A DNA stretch of 64,000 bases from an uncultured virus (IMG/VR IMGVR_UViG_3300036945_000802) (lineage: Duplodnaviria; Heunggongvirae; Uroviricota; Caudoviricetes), in IMG/VR virus record IMGVR_UViG_3300036945_000802, one strand, 5' to 3'. The notes under the pieces were generated by a model, which had not been told where the DNA came from, did not search any database, and worked only from the letters and a program-made list of their open reading frames with translations. A program made the translations under genes and the position numbers. Below are positions 1 through 9,898 of this stretch, in pieces (positions within the stretch are counted from its first letter, which is position 1; each line of letters starts with the position of its first letter).

Positions 1-1
1 A

Positions 2-313
2 CGTCGCTTGTTTATCGTTTTAGAAAAAGCTATTTCAACTGCTGCTAAATACCAGTTGTTCGAGCTTAACGACGAATTCACTCGTGCTATGTTCCGTAAC
101 ATGACAGAACCTTTCCTTCGTGAAATTCAAGGTCGTCGTGGTATTACTGACTTTAAGGTTGTTTGTGACGAGACAAATAACACAGGTGAGATTATCGACA
201 GCAACCAGTTTGTTGCAGATATCTACATCAAGCCAGCACGCTCAATTAACTTTATTACTCTGAACTTCATTGCCACTCGTACTGGTGTTGACTTCTCAGA
301 AATCGGAGGTTAA
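2..313 (+). CDS. gp18: Tail sheath protein, C-terminal part (5' truncated)
   Basis: Ends FVADIYIKPARSINFITLNFIATRTG, typical of the T4 gp18 C-terminus; precedes the tail tube gene. Confidence 0.95.
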   Translation, partial: RRLFIVLEKAISTAAKYQLFELNDEFTRAMFRNMTEPFLREIQGRRGITDFKVVCDETNNTGEIIDSNQFVADIYIKPARSINFITLNFIATRTGVDFSEIGG

Positions 314-315
314 TC

Positions 316-843
316 ATGGCTATTCTAGGCGTAGATGATTTTAAATCGAAACTAGTTGGTGGTGGTGCACGTCCTAACCTGTTCAAAGCTACTGTTAATT
401 TTCCAGCTTATGCTGGTGGTGAAGTTGAAATAACTTCATTCTTAATTAAAGCAGCTCAGTTACCAGCATCAACAATCGGTACCGTAAACGTTCCATTCCG
501 TGGACGCCAGGTATTAATTGCAGGTGATCGTACATTTGAACCATGGACAATCACTATCATTAACGATACTGACTTTAAAGTTCGCAATGCTTTCGAGCGT
601 TGGATGAACGGCATTAATCAGCACCGTAACAACACAGGTTTAACTAACCCAGTTGATTATCAAGCTGACATGTCAGTAGCTCAACTTGATAAAGCAGGCA
701 ATGAAGTTAAAGTGTACAACTTCCGTGGTACATTCCCAACTGCAGTGTCTTCAATTGAGTTGTCATATGAATCAACAGACGTAATCGAAGAATTCACAGT
801 TGAACTACAAGTTCAGTACTGGGAATCTGATACAACGTCTTAA
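316..843 (+). CDS. gp19: Tail tube protein
   Basis: GGARPNLF, AGDRTFEPWTITIIND, IEEFTVELQ motifs; lies between gp18 and gp20. Confidence 0.95.
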   Translation: MAILGVDDFKSKLVGGGARPNLFKATVNFPAYAGGEVEITSFLIKAAQLPASTIGTVNVPFRGRQVLIAGDRTFEPWTITIINDTDFKVRNAFERWMNGINQHRNNTGLTNPVDYQADMSVAQLDKAGNEVKVYNFRGTFPTAVSSIELSYESTDVIEEFTVELQVQYWESDTTS

Positions 844-859
844 TTAGAGTTGATAAATA

Positions 860-888
860 GGAGAGAGGAGAAATTCTCTCTCCACTTT
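860..888 (+). terminator. Stem-loop after gp19
   Basis: GGAGAGAGGA-GAAA-TTCTCTCTCC followed by a weak T tract. Confidence 0.55.
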
Positions 889-909
889 GTTATTATATAA
901 AGGCATAAA

Positions 910-2532
910 ATGGAATTATTCGGCTTCGAAATATCTCGTAAAAAGCAAGAAGAAGAACAAGCGAAAAAACAATCGTTTGTTGCACCAGATACCGACGACG
1001 GCGCAACCGTTGTAGCGGAAGGTGGTTACTATGGCCAATACGTTGACATCGAAGGCACTAAGGCTAAAGACGATTCGGACTTAATTAAAAAGTACCGTGA
1101 AATCTCACTTTATCCTGAGTGTGACGCTGCTATCACTGACATTGTTAATGAAGCTATTGTAGCTGATGACGATGTACAACCTGTAGACGTTATTACAGAT
1201 GATCTTAAATACAACGATAAGATCAAGAAATTAATTAAAGAAGAGTTTGATGAAGTAATTAAGCTATTAAAGTTTAATGCTAACTCACATGATATTTTCC
1301 GTAAATGGTATGTTGATGGTAGACTATACTATCACATGATCATTGATGAGAAAAATCCTAAAGCTGGTATCATAGAACTACGCCCAATCGATTCTCTTAA
1401 GATTCGTAAAGTTCGTTCTATCATCGAAGATAAAGATCCGAAGACTGGCGCTAAGTTAATCAAAGGATTCAATGAATTCTATGTGTATAACGATAATGCA
1501 GGAAACACAAATAATCCAGGTGGTTTAAATGCTGCTGGTGGTTTACGTAGTGCATCTGGTTTAAAGATCGCTAAAGATTCTATTGTGTATGTGCCATCAG
1601 GTTTAATTGAAAGCACATCCAAGAAAATGCTTTCATATCTTTATAAAGCATTGAAGCCAGTAAATCAATTACGTATGATGGAAGATTCGCTTGTCATCTA
1701 TCGTATGGCTCGTGCACCAGAACGTCGTATTTTCTACATCGACGTAGGTAACCTTCCTAAAGGTAAAGCTGAGTCATATCTTCGTGATATTATGGCTCGC
1801 TATAAAAACAAGATTGTTTACGATGCTACAACTGGCGAGATCAGAGATGATCGTAAACATATGGCTATGTTGGAAGACTTTTGGCTTCCTCGTCGTGAAG
1901 GTGGTAAAGGTACTGAAATCTCTACATTACCTGGCGGCGAAAACCTTGGTCAAATTGAAGATATCATTTATTTCCAAAAGAAATTATATCGTTCATTAAA
2001 CGTTCCTATGTCTCGTATGGAGACAGAGACTGGTTTCTCTCTTGGTCGTTCAAATGAAATCTCTCGTGACGAATTAAAATTTAACAAATTTGTTTCTCGT
2101 CTACGTAAAAAGTTTGCTGATCTGTTTTTACAAGTCTTAAAGACTCAACTGATCTTAAAAGGTGTTATCTCCAGAGAAGACTGGGAAAATATTAAAGAAG
2201 ATATCATTATCGACTTTAAGAAAGATAACTATTTTGCAGAATTAAAAGATGCAGAGATGCTTCGTGAACGTATGAGTACACTACAGTTGGTTGATCCATT
2301 TGTAGGTAAATACTATTCACGCATGTGGGTTCGTAAGCATGTTCTTAATCAATCTGATACAGACATCGAAGAGATTGATGCACAAATGGAACAAGAACCT
2401 CCATCAGCAGAACAAATGGCTATGATGCAGCAACAACAAGAACAAGAAGGTTCTGAGGACGAACAAGGAGAAGAACCAACTCCAGATAATCCAGCAGCTC
2501 CTCCAATTGATGGTGATGTGACCACAAAATAA
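910..2532 (+). CDS. gp20: Portal vertex protein
   Basis: YRMARAPERRIFYIDVGNLPK and MLEDFWLPRREGGKGTEISTLPGG motifs. Confidence 0.97.
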   Translation: MELFGFEISRKKQEEEQAKKQSFVAPDTDDGATVVAEGGYYGQYVDIEGTKAKDDSDLIKKYREISLYPECDAAITDIVNEAIVADDDVQPVDVITDDLKYNDKIKKLIKEEFDEVIKLLKFNANSHDIFRKWYVDGRLYYHMIIDEKNPKAGIIELRPIDSLKIRKVRSIIEDKDPKTGAKLIKGFNEFYVYNDNAGNTNNPGGLNAAGGLRSASGLKIAKDSIVYVPSGLIESTSKKMLSYLYKALKPVNQLRMMEDSLVIYRMARAPERRIFYIDVGNLPKGKAESYLRDIMARYKNKIVYDATTGEIRDDRKHMAMLEDFWLPRREGGKGTEISTLPGGENLGQIEDIIYFQKKLYRSLNVPMSRMETETGFSLGRSNEISRDELKFNKFVSRLRKKFADLFLQVLKTQLILKGVISREDWENIKEDIIIDFKKDNYFAELKDAEMLRERMSTLQLVDPFVGKYYSRMWVRKHVLNQSDTDIEEIDAQMEQEPPSAEQMAMMQQQQEQEGSEDEQGEEPTPDNPAAPPIDGDVTTK

Positions 2533-2551
2533 TTGTGGAAACAAGTTTTTT

Positions 2552-2559
2552 TATAAATA
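2552..2559 (+). promoter_or_regulatory. T4-type late promoter
   Basis: TATAAATA upstream of the prohead core genes. Confidence 0.8.
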
Positions 2560-2574
2560 TATTGAAAGAAGGCA

Positions 2575-2808
2575 ATGATGAGTGAATTGGCTAACAACCT
2601 ATTAGACGCTATAGCATTGGGTAATGAAGAGCAAATGAAAACAGCTTTTTCAGCCGCTATGAGTGATAAGATTAATGATAGTCTTCAGGCAAGAAAGATT
2701 GAATTGGCGCAGCGCATTTATGGTACTGCGACACAGTCTTCTGAAACTAATGATGATGCAAATGATACGGAAACGACAGCATCAGCAAATGGAACAGAAG
2801 AGGTTTAA
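2575..2808 (+). CDS. Small prohead core protein (gp67-like)
   Basis: Small acidic helical ORF at the gp67 position between gp20 and gp21. Confidence 0.6.
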   Translation: MMSELANNLLDAIALGNEEQMKTAFSAAMSDKINDSLQARKIELAQRIYGTATQSSETNDDANDTETTASANGTEEV

Positions 2809-2986
2809 AAGTCTAAGAGAATCGGTTTCTATTAAAACATTTGAAACCGATGATTACAGAGTTGAAATTCGTCAGAATTTCAACTCTTATGACATTTTTA
2901 TAAACGACCATTTGGTTGAATCGTTTAAAACTAAGGAGATGGCTTTAGAGATTGCAGAACAATCTATTGAAGCTTTAAAAAAATAA
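2789..2986 (+). CDS. Small prohead core protein (gp68-position), hypothetical
   Basis: Likely start MEQKRFKSLRES at 2789; called from synteny only. Confidence 0.5.
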   Translation: MEQKRFKSLRESVSIKTFETDDYRVEIRQNFNSYDIFINDHLVESFKTKEMALEIAEQSIEALKK

Positions 2987-2990
2987 GACT

Positions 2991-3638
2991 ATGAAACTAA
3001 TCTTAGAACGTATCGAATCAGACATTCATGTTGTTACCGAATCTAAACAAAACGGTACAAAGGATTTCTTCATTGAAGGTATCTTCATGATGGCTGATTC
3101 AAAAAACAAAAATGGTCGTATTTACGAATCTAAAATTTTAAAACCTGCTGTTGAAAAATACTTTCAAGAGCAAGTAAAAACAGGTCGTGCTGTTGGTGAG
3201 TTGAACCACCCTGATGGTCCAACAATCAACCTCGACAAAGTATCTCACTTAATCACAGACTTACGTTTCGAAGGAAATGATGTGATTGGTAAGGCAAAAA
3301 TCCTAAACACTCCAATGGGTCAAATCGTAAAAGGTTTGCTTGAGGGTGGTGTAAAATTAGGAGTATCATCTCGTGGTATGGGTAGTCTTGAGCAACGTGA
3401 AGGCGTTAACTATGTGAAGAATGATTTTCACTTAGCTACTGTCGACATCGTTCAAGATCCATCTGCGCCTGCTGCTTTCGTTAACGGAATCATGGAAGGT
3501 GTAGAATGGATTGTAGAGAACGGTGTATACACACCTCAAGAAATTGAAAAGATTGAGACTGAAATTAAGAGAACGCCAAAGGCTCAGCTTGCTGAAGCTC
3601 AAGTACGTGTTTTCCAACATTTCCTCTCTAAACTTTAA
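2991..3638 (+). CDS. gp21: Prohead protease
   Basis: GELNHP, GVSSRGMGS and DIVQDPSAP catalytic motifs. Confidence 0.96.
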   Translation: MKLILERIESDIHVVTESKQNGTKDFFIEGIFMMADSKNKNGRIYESKILKPAVEKYFQEQVKTGRAVGELNHPDGPTINLDKVSHLITDLRFEGNDVIGKAKILNTPMGQIVKGLLEGGVKLGVSSRGMGSLEQREGVNYVKNDFHLATVDIVQDPSAPAAFVNGIMEGVEWIVENGVYTPQEIEKIETEIKRTPKAQLAEAQVRVFQHFLSKL

Positions 3639-3656
3639 CACTAAGGAGTGATTTGA

Positions 3657-4724
3657 ATGTCACAAAAAGATCTTAAAGATCAATTAGACGAACAGCTTAG
3701 TGATGAACAACTCGTTGAAGTTTCTGAGGAACAATTAGCTGAAGAAGCACCTGCTGCGAAAGGCGACGCTAAGTCTGCCGATTTCGGTCAAGGCGCTGAC
3801 TTCCAAGACGACAAGAAGAAAACTCTTGCTGACTTGGGTGCAACAAAAACAGCTGAAGCACCAAAGACTAAAGCGGGAATCATCGCCAAGACAGTTGAAA
3901 AACTGAACGGTCTAAAGAAAGAAGATCTTCAAGTTATCTACGGCCAACTCTTCAATGAAGAACAAGCTGCAGACGAAGTTAAGGATCCAGCGGTTGCTAT
4001 CGATGTATCAGAAGACCTAAAAGCTCTTGTTGATTCAGACGCAAACCTATCAGAAGAATTCAAAGAGAAATCTGCGGTTCTATTTGAAGCTGCCCTAACA
4101 TCTCGTATTGCTGTTGAAGCCGAGAAGCTAGAAGAACAGTATCAATCTAAATTGGATGAAGCGGTAGATGGCATCCGTTCAGAACTAGTTGAGAAAATCG
4201 ATGGTTATCTTAACTATGTAGTTGAACAATGGATGGAAGAAAATGAACTAGCAGTTGAAACTGGCCTACGTGCTGAGATCGCTGAGAGCTTCATTGATTC
4301 ACTAAAGCAAGTGTTCGTTGAACATTATGTTGAAGTCCCAGAAGGCAAAGCAGATCTAGTTGACGGTTTAGCAGAACAAGTTGAAGAACTTGAAGAACAA
4401 TTACAAGCAGCTACTGAGAAATCAGTTAAGCTATCAGAGTCAGTTGAAGGACTTACTCGTGAAAAGCTTGTTGTTGAAGCGACTGAAGGCATGATCGCGA
4501 CTGATGCTGAAAAGCTAAAGTCATTAGTTGAAAGCATCGAATTTGAAGATCAAGAGTCTTTCGCTAAGAAAGTTTCTATCATCAAAGAAGCTCACTTCAC
4601 TAAAACAACAACTTCTGTAGCTATTACCGAAGAAGCTGAAGAAGGTCAATCGATCGAACAGCAAACTGCATCACCACGTATGGCAGCTTATATGGCAGCC
4701 ATTTCCCGTACTACTAAGAAATAA
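3657..4724 (+). CDS. gp22: Prohead core scaffolding protein
   Basis: Acidic coiled coil with DGYLNYVVEQWMEEN; lies between gp21 and gp23. Confidence 0.93.
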   Translation: MSQKDLKDQLDEQLSDEQLVEVSEEQLAEEAPAAKGDAKSADFGQGADFQDDKKKTLADLGATKTAEAPKTKAGIIAKTVEKLNGLKKEDLQVIYGQLFNEEQAADEVKDPAVAIDVSEDLKALVDSDANLSEEFKEKSAVLFEAALTSRIAVEAEKLEEQYQSKLDEAVDGIRSELVEKIDGYLNYVVEQWMEENELAVETGLRAEIAESFIDSLKQVFVEHYVEVPEGKADLVDGLAEQVEELEEQLQAATEKSVKLSESVEGLTREKLVVEATEGMIATDAEKLKSLVESIEFEDQESFAKKVSIIKEAHFTKTTTSVAITEEAEEGQSIEQQTASPRMAAYMAAISRTTKK

Positions 4725-4738
4725 AAGGAAAACATAAA

Positions 4739-6127
4739 ATGTTTTTAGCTGAACAAGCACAACAAAAATGGTCTGAGGTTCTTGACCACGCTGAACTACC
4801 AGCAATTAAAGATCCATACAAGCGTGCAGTTACTGCTGTTATTCTTGAGAACCAAGAAAAAGCACTTGCAGAAGAGCGCTCACAAGCTTCTTTCGGTTCA
4901 TTGAACGAAGCAGCTCCAACAAACGCAACTGGTGGCAGCATCGCTAACTTCGACCCAATCTTAATCAGCTTGGTTCGCCGTTCTATGCCTAACCTAATCG
5001 CTTATGATATCGCTGGCGTTCAGCCAATGAGCGGTCCAACTGGCTTAATCTTCGCGATGAAGTCACGTTACACATCACAAAGCGGTACAGAAGCTCTTTA
5101 CAACGAAGCTGATACAGACTTCTCTAGCTCATCATTCTCAGGTGGCACACCTACTAACAAGAATGGTACACACGGTGGTACATCTGATGGTCTTCCAGGT
5201 ACAGACACAACAGTTAACGCTGGTGGTGCTGGTACTTCTGGTACAGCAGCTGCTGATACTATCGCTGATAGCTTTGGTCTTGGTGGTGGTATGACTACAG
5301 CTGAAGCTGAAGCATTAGGTGATTCTTCATCTAACTCTTTCGCTCAAATGGCATTCTCAATCGAGAAAGCTACTGTAACAGCTAAGACACGTGCTCTAAA
5401 AGCTGAGTACACAATGGAATTAGCACAAGACTTGAAAGCAGTTCATGGTCTTGACGCTGAAACTGAATTGGCTAACATCCTTTCAGCAGAAATTCTTGCT
5501 GAAATCAACCGTGAAGTTATCCGTACAATCAACGTTAAAGCTAAGTTAGGTGCTCAAACAGCTAACTGCACAAACGCTGGTGTGTTCAACTTAGTTACAG
5601 ATGCTGATGGTCGTTGGTCAGTTGAAAAATTCAAAGGTCTTCTAGTTCAGATCGACCGCGAAGCTAACCAAATCGCTAAAGATACACGTCGTGGTAAGGG
5701 TAACTTCATCGTTTGTTCAAGCGATGTTGCTACAGCACTTGCAGCTTCTGGTATGTTAGTTTACAACCCAGCTATGTCTGTTGACTTAGCAGTTGATGAC
5801 ACAGGCAATACATTTGCTGGTGTTCTAAACGGCAAGATCAAGGTTTACATTGATCCATACGCAACACAAGACTACGTAACTGTTGGTTACCGTGGTACAA
5901 ACCCATATGACGCTGGTTTATTCTACGCTCCATATGTACCACTAACAATGGTTCGTGCTGTTGATCAAGGTTCTTTCCAGCCTAAGATCGGCTTCAAGAC
6001 ACGTTACGGTATGATTGCAAACCCATTCTCTAACCCAGGTTCAGCACCGGTTAATGATACAGGTTTAAACCGTACTAACGTTTACTTCCGTATTTTCAAG
6101 GTTACTGGCCTTTTAGATAACGCGTAA
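4739..6127 (+). CDS. gp23: Major capsid protein
   Basis: GVQPMSGPTGLIFAMK, RALKAEYTMELAQDLKAVHGLDAE and FQPKIGFKTRYG; probable processing site SLNE|AAP. Confidence 0.98.
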   Translation: MFLAEQAQQKWSEVLDHAELPAIKDPYKRAVTAVILENQEKALAEERSQASFGSLNEAAPTNATGGSIANFDPILISLVRRSMPNLIAYDIAGVQPMSGPTGLIFAMKSRYTSQSGTEALYNEADTDFSSSSFSGGTPTNKNGTHGGTSDGLPGTDTTVNAGGAGTSGTAAADTIADSFGLGGGMTTAEAEALGDSSSNSFAQMAFSIEKATVTAKTRALKAEYTMELAQDLKAVHGLDAETELANILSAEILAEINREVIRTINVKAKLGAQTANCTNAGVFNLVTDADGRWSVEKFKGLLVQIDREANQIAKDTRRGKGNFIVCSSDVATALAASGMLVYNPAMSVDLAVDDTGNTFAGVLNGKIKVYIDPYATQDYVTVGYRGTNPYDAGLFYAPYVPLTMVRAVDQGSFQPKIGFKTRYGMIANPFSNPGSAPVNDTGLNRTNVYFRIFKVTGLLDNA

Positions 6128-6165
6128 TCAACGTGTTCTTATAGAATAATAGCTATAAGATAGTA

Positions 6166-6219
6166 CAAGAGGGACTTCGGTCCCTCTTGCTTTAAAGAGG
6201 ACTTCGGTCCTCTTTTTTT
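6166..6219 (+). terminator. Tandem UUCG hairpins / intrinsic terminator after gp23
   Basis: CAAGAGGGAC-TTCG-GTCCCTCTTG, then AAAGAGGAC-TTCG-GTCCTCTTT with a T run. Confidence 0.88.
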
Positions 6220-6231
6220 GTTTGGATGGCA

Positions 6232-6239
6232 TATAAATA
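6232..6239 (+). promoter_or_regulatory. T4-type late promoter
   Basis: TATAAATA upstream of 6262. Confidence 0.8.
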
Positions 6240-6261
6240 GGTTATATTCGGAGAATATTCT

Positions 6262-6759
6262 ATGAACAAATCTTACAACCTTGGTGCACCTACCAATACT
6301 TTAACTAGCAATAAGAATCCTTTAGTCGTATCAGACGGCTTTAAGATGATTTTTGCTCGTGCTCCAAACGTGCAATACTTTTTGCAAACATTTAGTGTAC
6401 CTTCTGTTACAGTCAATGAAGCAGTCGTACCATACGGCAAATATAATGCGTATCTTCCAGGTGATCGTATTGAATACGAGCCATTGACAATCACTATGCT
6501 TGTCTCAGAAGATATGGATAACTTTAAAGAAATCTATGATTGGCTAAATCGACTTATCAATATGAATACTCAGCAGGATAAGTTTGATGATATGACGATT
6601 TATATCTTAACAAGCAAAAATAATCCTAACAAGCAAATGTTCTTCAAGAACGTTTTCCCAACGAGTATAGGTAATATTAGCTTTAATGTTGCTGAAGCTG
6701 ATGTTGTATATGCAACAGTAGATGTAACCTTTAGATACGACTATTTTACTTTTGAGTAA
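6262..6759 (+). CDS. gp3: Tail tube terminator / completion protein (gp3-like)
   Basis: PGDRIEYEPLTITMLVSEDMDNFKEIYDW tube-fold motif; the gp23-gp3-uvsY-uvsW order seen in aquatic T4-likes. Confidence 0.8.
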   Translation: MNKSYNLGAPTNTLTSNKNPLVVSDGFKMIFARAPNVQYFLQTFSVPSVTVNEAVVPYGKYNAYLPGDRIEYEPLTITMLVSEDMDNFKEIYDWLNRLINMNTQQDKFDDMTIYILTSKNNPNKQMFFKNVFPTSIGNISFNVAEADVVYATVDVTFRYDYFTFE

Positions 6760-6773
6760 AAATGTGGTATAAT
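6745..6773 (+). promoter_or_regulatory. Sigma70-type early/middle promoter
   Basis: TTTACT-N17-TATAAT with extended TGTGG. Confidence 0.75.
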
Positions 6774-6801
6774 AGGGATAGATAAACCCTAACTTTATAA
6801 C

Positions 6802-7251
6802 ATGCTGACACTTGAACAAATCTTAGAACATTGGAAAACTGATTGCGAGATTGACGATATCGAATTAGATAAGTCTTCTCGTGAAACACCAAAGCTACAC
6901 GCTAAGTATATTGAACTACTTACGCAAGCTAAACTGCAAAAATCCCGTAAAGAACATGAATTTAAAGTTCTGCTAAAGAACAAATTTATGTGGTACAACG
7001 GGAAGATGGATAAATCTAAAGTCGACGAACTTGGTTGGCAGTATGATCCATTTGATGGACTTACTAAACCAATGAAAAGCGACATGGATTATTTTTATGA
7101 TGCCGATCCAGAGATTCAGAAGATTCAATCTGCAATCGACTATTGGAAAACAGTGATAGATACTTTATCAGATATTGTTTCCAACATTACTTGGCGACAT
7201 CAAACTATTAGTAACATGATAAAGTGGAGGCAATTCACCTCCGGAGCATAA
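6802..7251 (+). CDS. uvsY: Recombination mediator UvsY
   Basis: PKLHAKY...YYDAD-like segment and ISNMIKWRQFTSG C-terminus; directly upstream of uvsW. Confidence 0.88.
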   Translation: MLTLEQILEHWKTDCEIDDIELDKSSRETPKLHAKYIELLTQAKLQKSRKEHEFKVLLKNKFMWYNGKMDKSKVDELGWQYDPFDGLTKPMKSDMDYFYDADPEIQKIQSAIDYWKTVIDTLSDIVSNITWRHQTISNMIKWRQFTSGA

Positions 7252-8729
7252 TGGAAAAAATTGTAGTCAGCAAAGTAAATGATGTATTCTTACGAATAGA
7301 GTGTGAAGGTGGTGCTAGACAAGAGTTAGCAGACTACTTTACATTCTATGTTCCTGGCTACAAATTCATGCCTGCATTTAAAAATAAAATGTGGGATGGA
7401 AAGATTAGATTATACGACTTACGCACTCATACTCTTTATGTTGGTCTATTAGACTATGTAAAGAAGTTTGCAGAGGAGCGTGGTTATGAAGTTGAAATAA
7501 ACTTCCAACATTCAATCACAAAAGTTAATGAAGAAGACTTAGCTACATTCGTTACTAAGCACTTACATCTTCCTTTCGAACCTCGTGATTATCAATACAG
7601 AGCAGCAACACATGGTCTAAGACATAGACGTGCACTGCTTGTATCACCTACCGCTTCAGGTAAATCTCTCATCATCTATTTGTTATTGCGCTTCTATATG
7701 GGAATGTTGCAAGGCAAACGCTTGCTTCTCATTGTACCAACTACATCGTTAGTTGAACAGATGCGTACTGACTTTTTAGGTTATGCACAAAATGATGATT
7801 CATTTGATGATTCGATGATTCATACGATCTATAGTGGCAAAGAGAAAGATACGTTAGCACCAATCGTAATCACTACATGGCAATCGATCTATAAGTTACC
7901 TAAGACTTGGTTCGAACCGTTTAGAATGGTTATCGGTGATGAAGCACATACATTCCAAGCCAAATCACTTTCTTCTATTATGGAGAAGTTAACAGAATGT
8001 CCATATCGTTTTGGTTTGACTGGTACTTTAGATGGTACGCTTACACATAGATTGGTCTTAGAAGGATTATTCGGACCAGTTTATCAAGTCACAACTACTA
8101 AAGCTTTGATGGATGCTGATCAGTTGGCTAAGTTAGACATCAAATGTTTAGTGATGAAATATACTGATGAAGAATGTAAAGCACAATCTGGTAATACTTA
8201 CGCTGAAGAAATTGACTTCATCATTGGTCATCAGAAAAGAAATAACTTTATAAAAAATCTTACACTAGATCAAAAGGGTAATACGCTTGTCTTGTTTAAT
8301 CGTGTAGAAAAACATGGTAAGCCATTGTTTAAACTTATAAGGGACAATGTAAAAGATGATCGTAAAGTTTTTTATGTAAGTGGTGAAACTGATGTAACAG
8401 ATCGTGAAGCCATTCGTGCTATTACTGAAAAAGAAAAAGATGCTATCATTGTAGCTTCTCTTGGTACGTTCTCAACTGGTATCAATATTAAGAACTTGCA
8501 CAATATTGTTTTTGCATCTCCATCTAAATCGCAGATTAAAGTATTGCAGTCTATTGGTCGTGGTCTTCGTAAAGCAGATGATGGTAGAGATACAACGCTT
8601 TATGATATCAGCGATGATTTGCATTGGAAGACTAAGAAGAATTTTACACTTGTACATGCTGGTATTAGGGTACAAATATATAGTAAAGAGCAATTTAATT
8701 ACAAAATACATGAGGTACCTTTAGTATGA
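7251..8729 (+). CDS. uvsW: SF2 DNA helicase UvsW
   Basis: SPTASGKS, DEAH and QSIGRGLR motifs; start at 7251 (GGAG SD, TAATG overlap). Confidence 0.95.
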   Translation: MEKIVVSKVNDVFLRIECEGGARQELADYFTFYVPGYKFMPAFKNKMWDGKIRLYDLRTHTLYVGLLDYVKKFAEERGYEVEINFQHSITKVNEEDLATFVTKHLHLPFEPRDYQYRAATHGLRHRRALLVSPTASGKSLIIYLLLRFYMGMLQGKRLLLIVPTTSLVEQMRTDFLGYAQNDDSFDDSMIHTIYSGKEKDTLAPIVITTWQSIYKLPKTWFEPFRMVIGDEAHTFQAKSLSSIMEKLTECPYRFGLTGTLDGTLTHRLVLEGLFGPVYQVTTTKALMDADQLAKLDIKCLVMKYTDEECKAQSGNTYAEEIDFIIGHQKRNNFIKNLTLDQKGNTLVLFNRVEKHGKPLFKLIRDNVKDDRKVFYVSGETDVTDREAIRAITEKEKDAIIVASLGTFSTGINIKNLHNIVFASPSKSQIKVLQSIGRGLRKADDGRDTTLYDISDDLHWKTKKNFTLVHAGIRVQIYSKEQFNYKIHEVPLV

Positions 8730-9127
8730 CAGAACATTGGCCAAGAGATATTAGACAAATTAAATTGTGTAATGGCGAAGAAATCTTGACAGAAGTTGTT
8801 GGTGAAGATCAATTTGAAATCTTAGTACGTAATCCATTAAAGGTATACAGAGAACGTGTACAGTTGGGTGACATTGCCCGTGAAGCTAACATGTTTACTA
8901 GATGGATGGGATTTTGTGATAATGATGAACACTTCTTGCAGAAGAAAGATGTGCTTGCTGAAGGATTGGTCAATGACGCTGTAGCGTTGTATTACAATAA
9001 GATGGTAGTGAATGTAGAACAAGATCAGATCGATCCTATCATACACGCATCTGATGCTGCAGAACCAGAGGTTGCTAAGAATCCTACTATTGCAGTCAAT
9101 GAAGAGGATGAACCAACCTTTCATTAA
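8726..9127 (+). CDS. Conserved hypothetical protein (possibly Sm-like fold)
   Basis: IKLCNGEEIL start; usual position between uvsW and gp55. Confidence 0.6.
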   Translation: MTEHWPRDIRQIKLCNGEEILTEVVGEDQFEILVRNPLKVYRERVQLGDIAREANMFTRWMGFCDNDEHFLQKKDVLAEGLVNDAVALYYNKMVVNVEQDQIDPIIHASDAAEPEVAKNPTIAVNEEDEPTFH

Positions 9128-9159
9128 TAGTATACCTGCTGGCCCCGGGGGGTAGATCT

Positions 9160-9188
9160 ATTATATACTGTAAATATCCTGTAGTACA
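9160..9188 (-). promoter_or_regulatory. Antisense promoter of the early/middle family
   Basis: Reverse complement reads GGCCTATGTACT-N17-TATAATAGATCTA, matching the flanks of the promoter at 60021. Confidence 0.65.
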
Positions 9189-9221
9189 TAGGCCAGTGAA
9201 AATAAATTTATAAAATAAAGG

Positions 9222-9250
9222 TGTACATTTCTTTCGTTATGCTGTATAAT
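9222..9250 (+). promoter_or_regulatory. Early/middle promoter for gp55
   Basis: TGTACA-N17-TATAAT. Confidence 0.8.
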
Positions 9251-9292
9251 ATACCATGTGTCCTAATACAACCCCTGGAGTGAACAACCTAA

Positions 9293-9898
9293 ATGTCTGA
9301 ACCTAAAGCTCGTCCTCATTATGTGGACAACAAGAAGTTCGGCAAGGCATTAGAAGAATACGCTGAAAACGTTAATAAAGCCAAAGCCGATAACACAACA
9401 ATTCCAATCGTACCAAATTATATTGCTGATTGCTTTCTAAAGATCGCAGAAGGTTTATCACACAAAGTTAACTTCATTCGATATACGTATCGTGAAGAGA
9501 TGGTTATGGATGCTGTAGAGAATTGCTTACGTGCAATCACAAACTATAATCCTAATGCAGCAACAAGAACTGGTACACAAAACGCATTCTCATACTTTAC
9601 TCAAATTTGCTTTTTTGCATTCTTAAGACGTATTGAAAAAGAGAAGAAACAACAAGATATCAAATTTAAGTTTATCGAACAATGTGGAATTGAAGAGTTT
9701 ATTGCTAACGTTGAAGGCGATGATACTCACGGCGAACAAGCATTCATTGACTCTCTAAGAGAACGTATTGGTAAGATTAGAGAAAAAGACACAGCGATTA
9801 AAGACTTTGCTAAAAAAGAAAAGCAGAATAAATCTTTAGAGTTGTTTATGACTGATGCTTTAGTAGAAGAATATATTAATGAAAATTGCAATCCTTAA
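9293..9898 (+). CDS. gp55: Late transcription sigma factor
   Basis: HYVDNKKF, NFIRYTYREEMVMDAVENCL and NAFSYFTQICFFAFLRRI. Confidence 0.95.
   Translation: MSEPKARPHYVDNKKFGKALEEYAENVNKAKADNTTIPIVPNYIADCFLKIAEGLSHKVNFIRYTYREEMVMDAVENCLRAITNYNPNAATRTGTQNAFSYFTQICFFAFLRRIEKEKKQQDIKFKFIEQCGIEEFIANVEGDDTHGEQAFIDSLRERIGKIREKDTAIKDFAKKEKQNKSLELFMTDALVEEYINENCNP

Noticed and set aside
8837..9124. Minus-strand ORF as the target of the antisense promoter
   Set aside because: Fully antisense to 8726-9127, atypical composition and no clear SD
9256..9300. Leaderless uORF before gp55 (similar 7-codon uORF at 15556)
   Set aside because: Probably a by-product of the CAT start-site motif; the downstream genes have their own SD-like sequences
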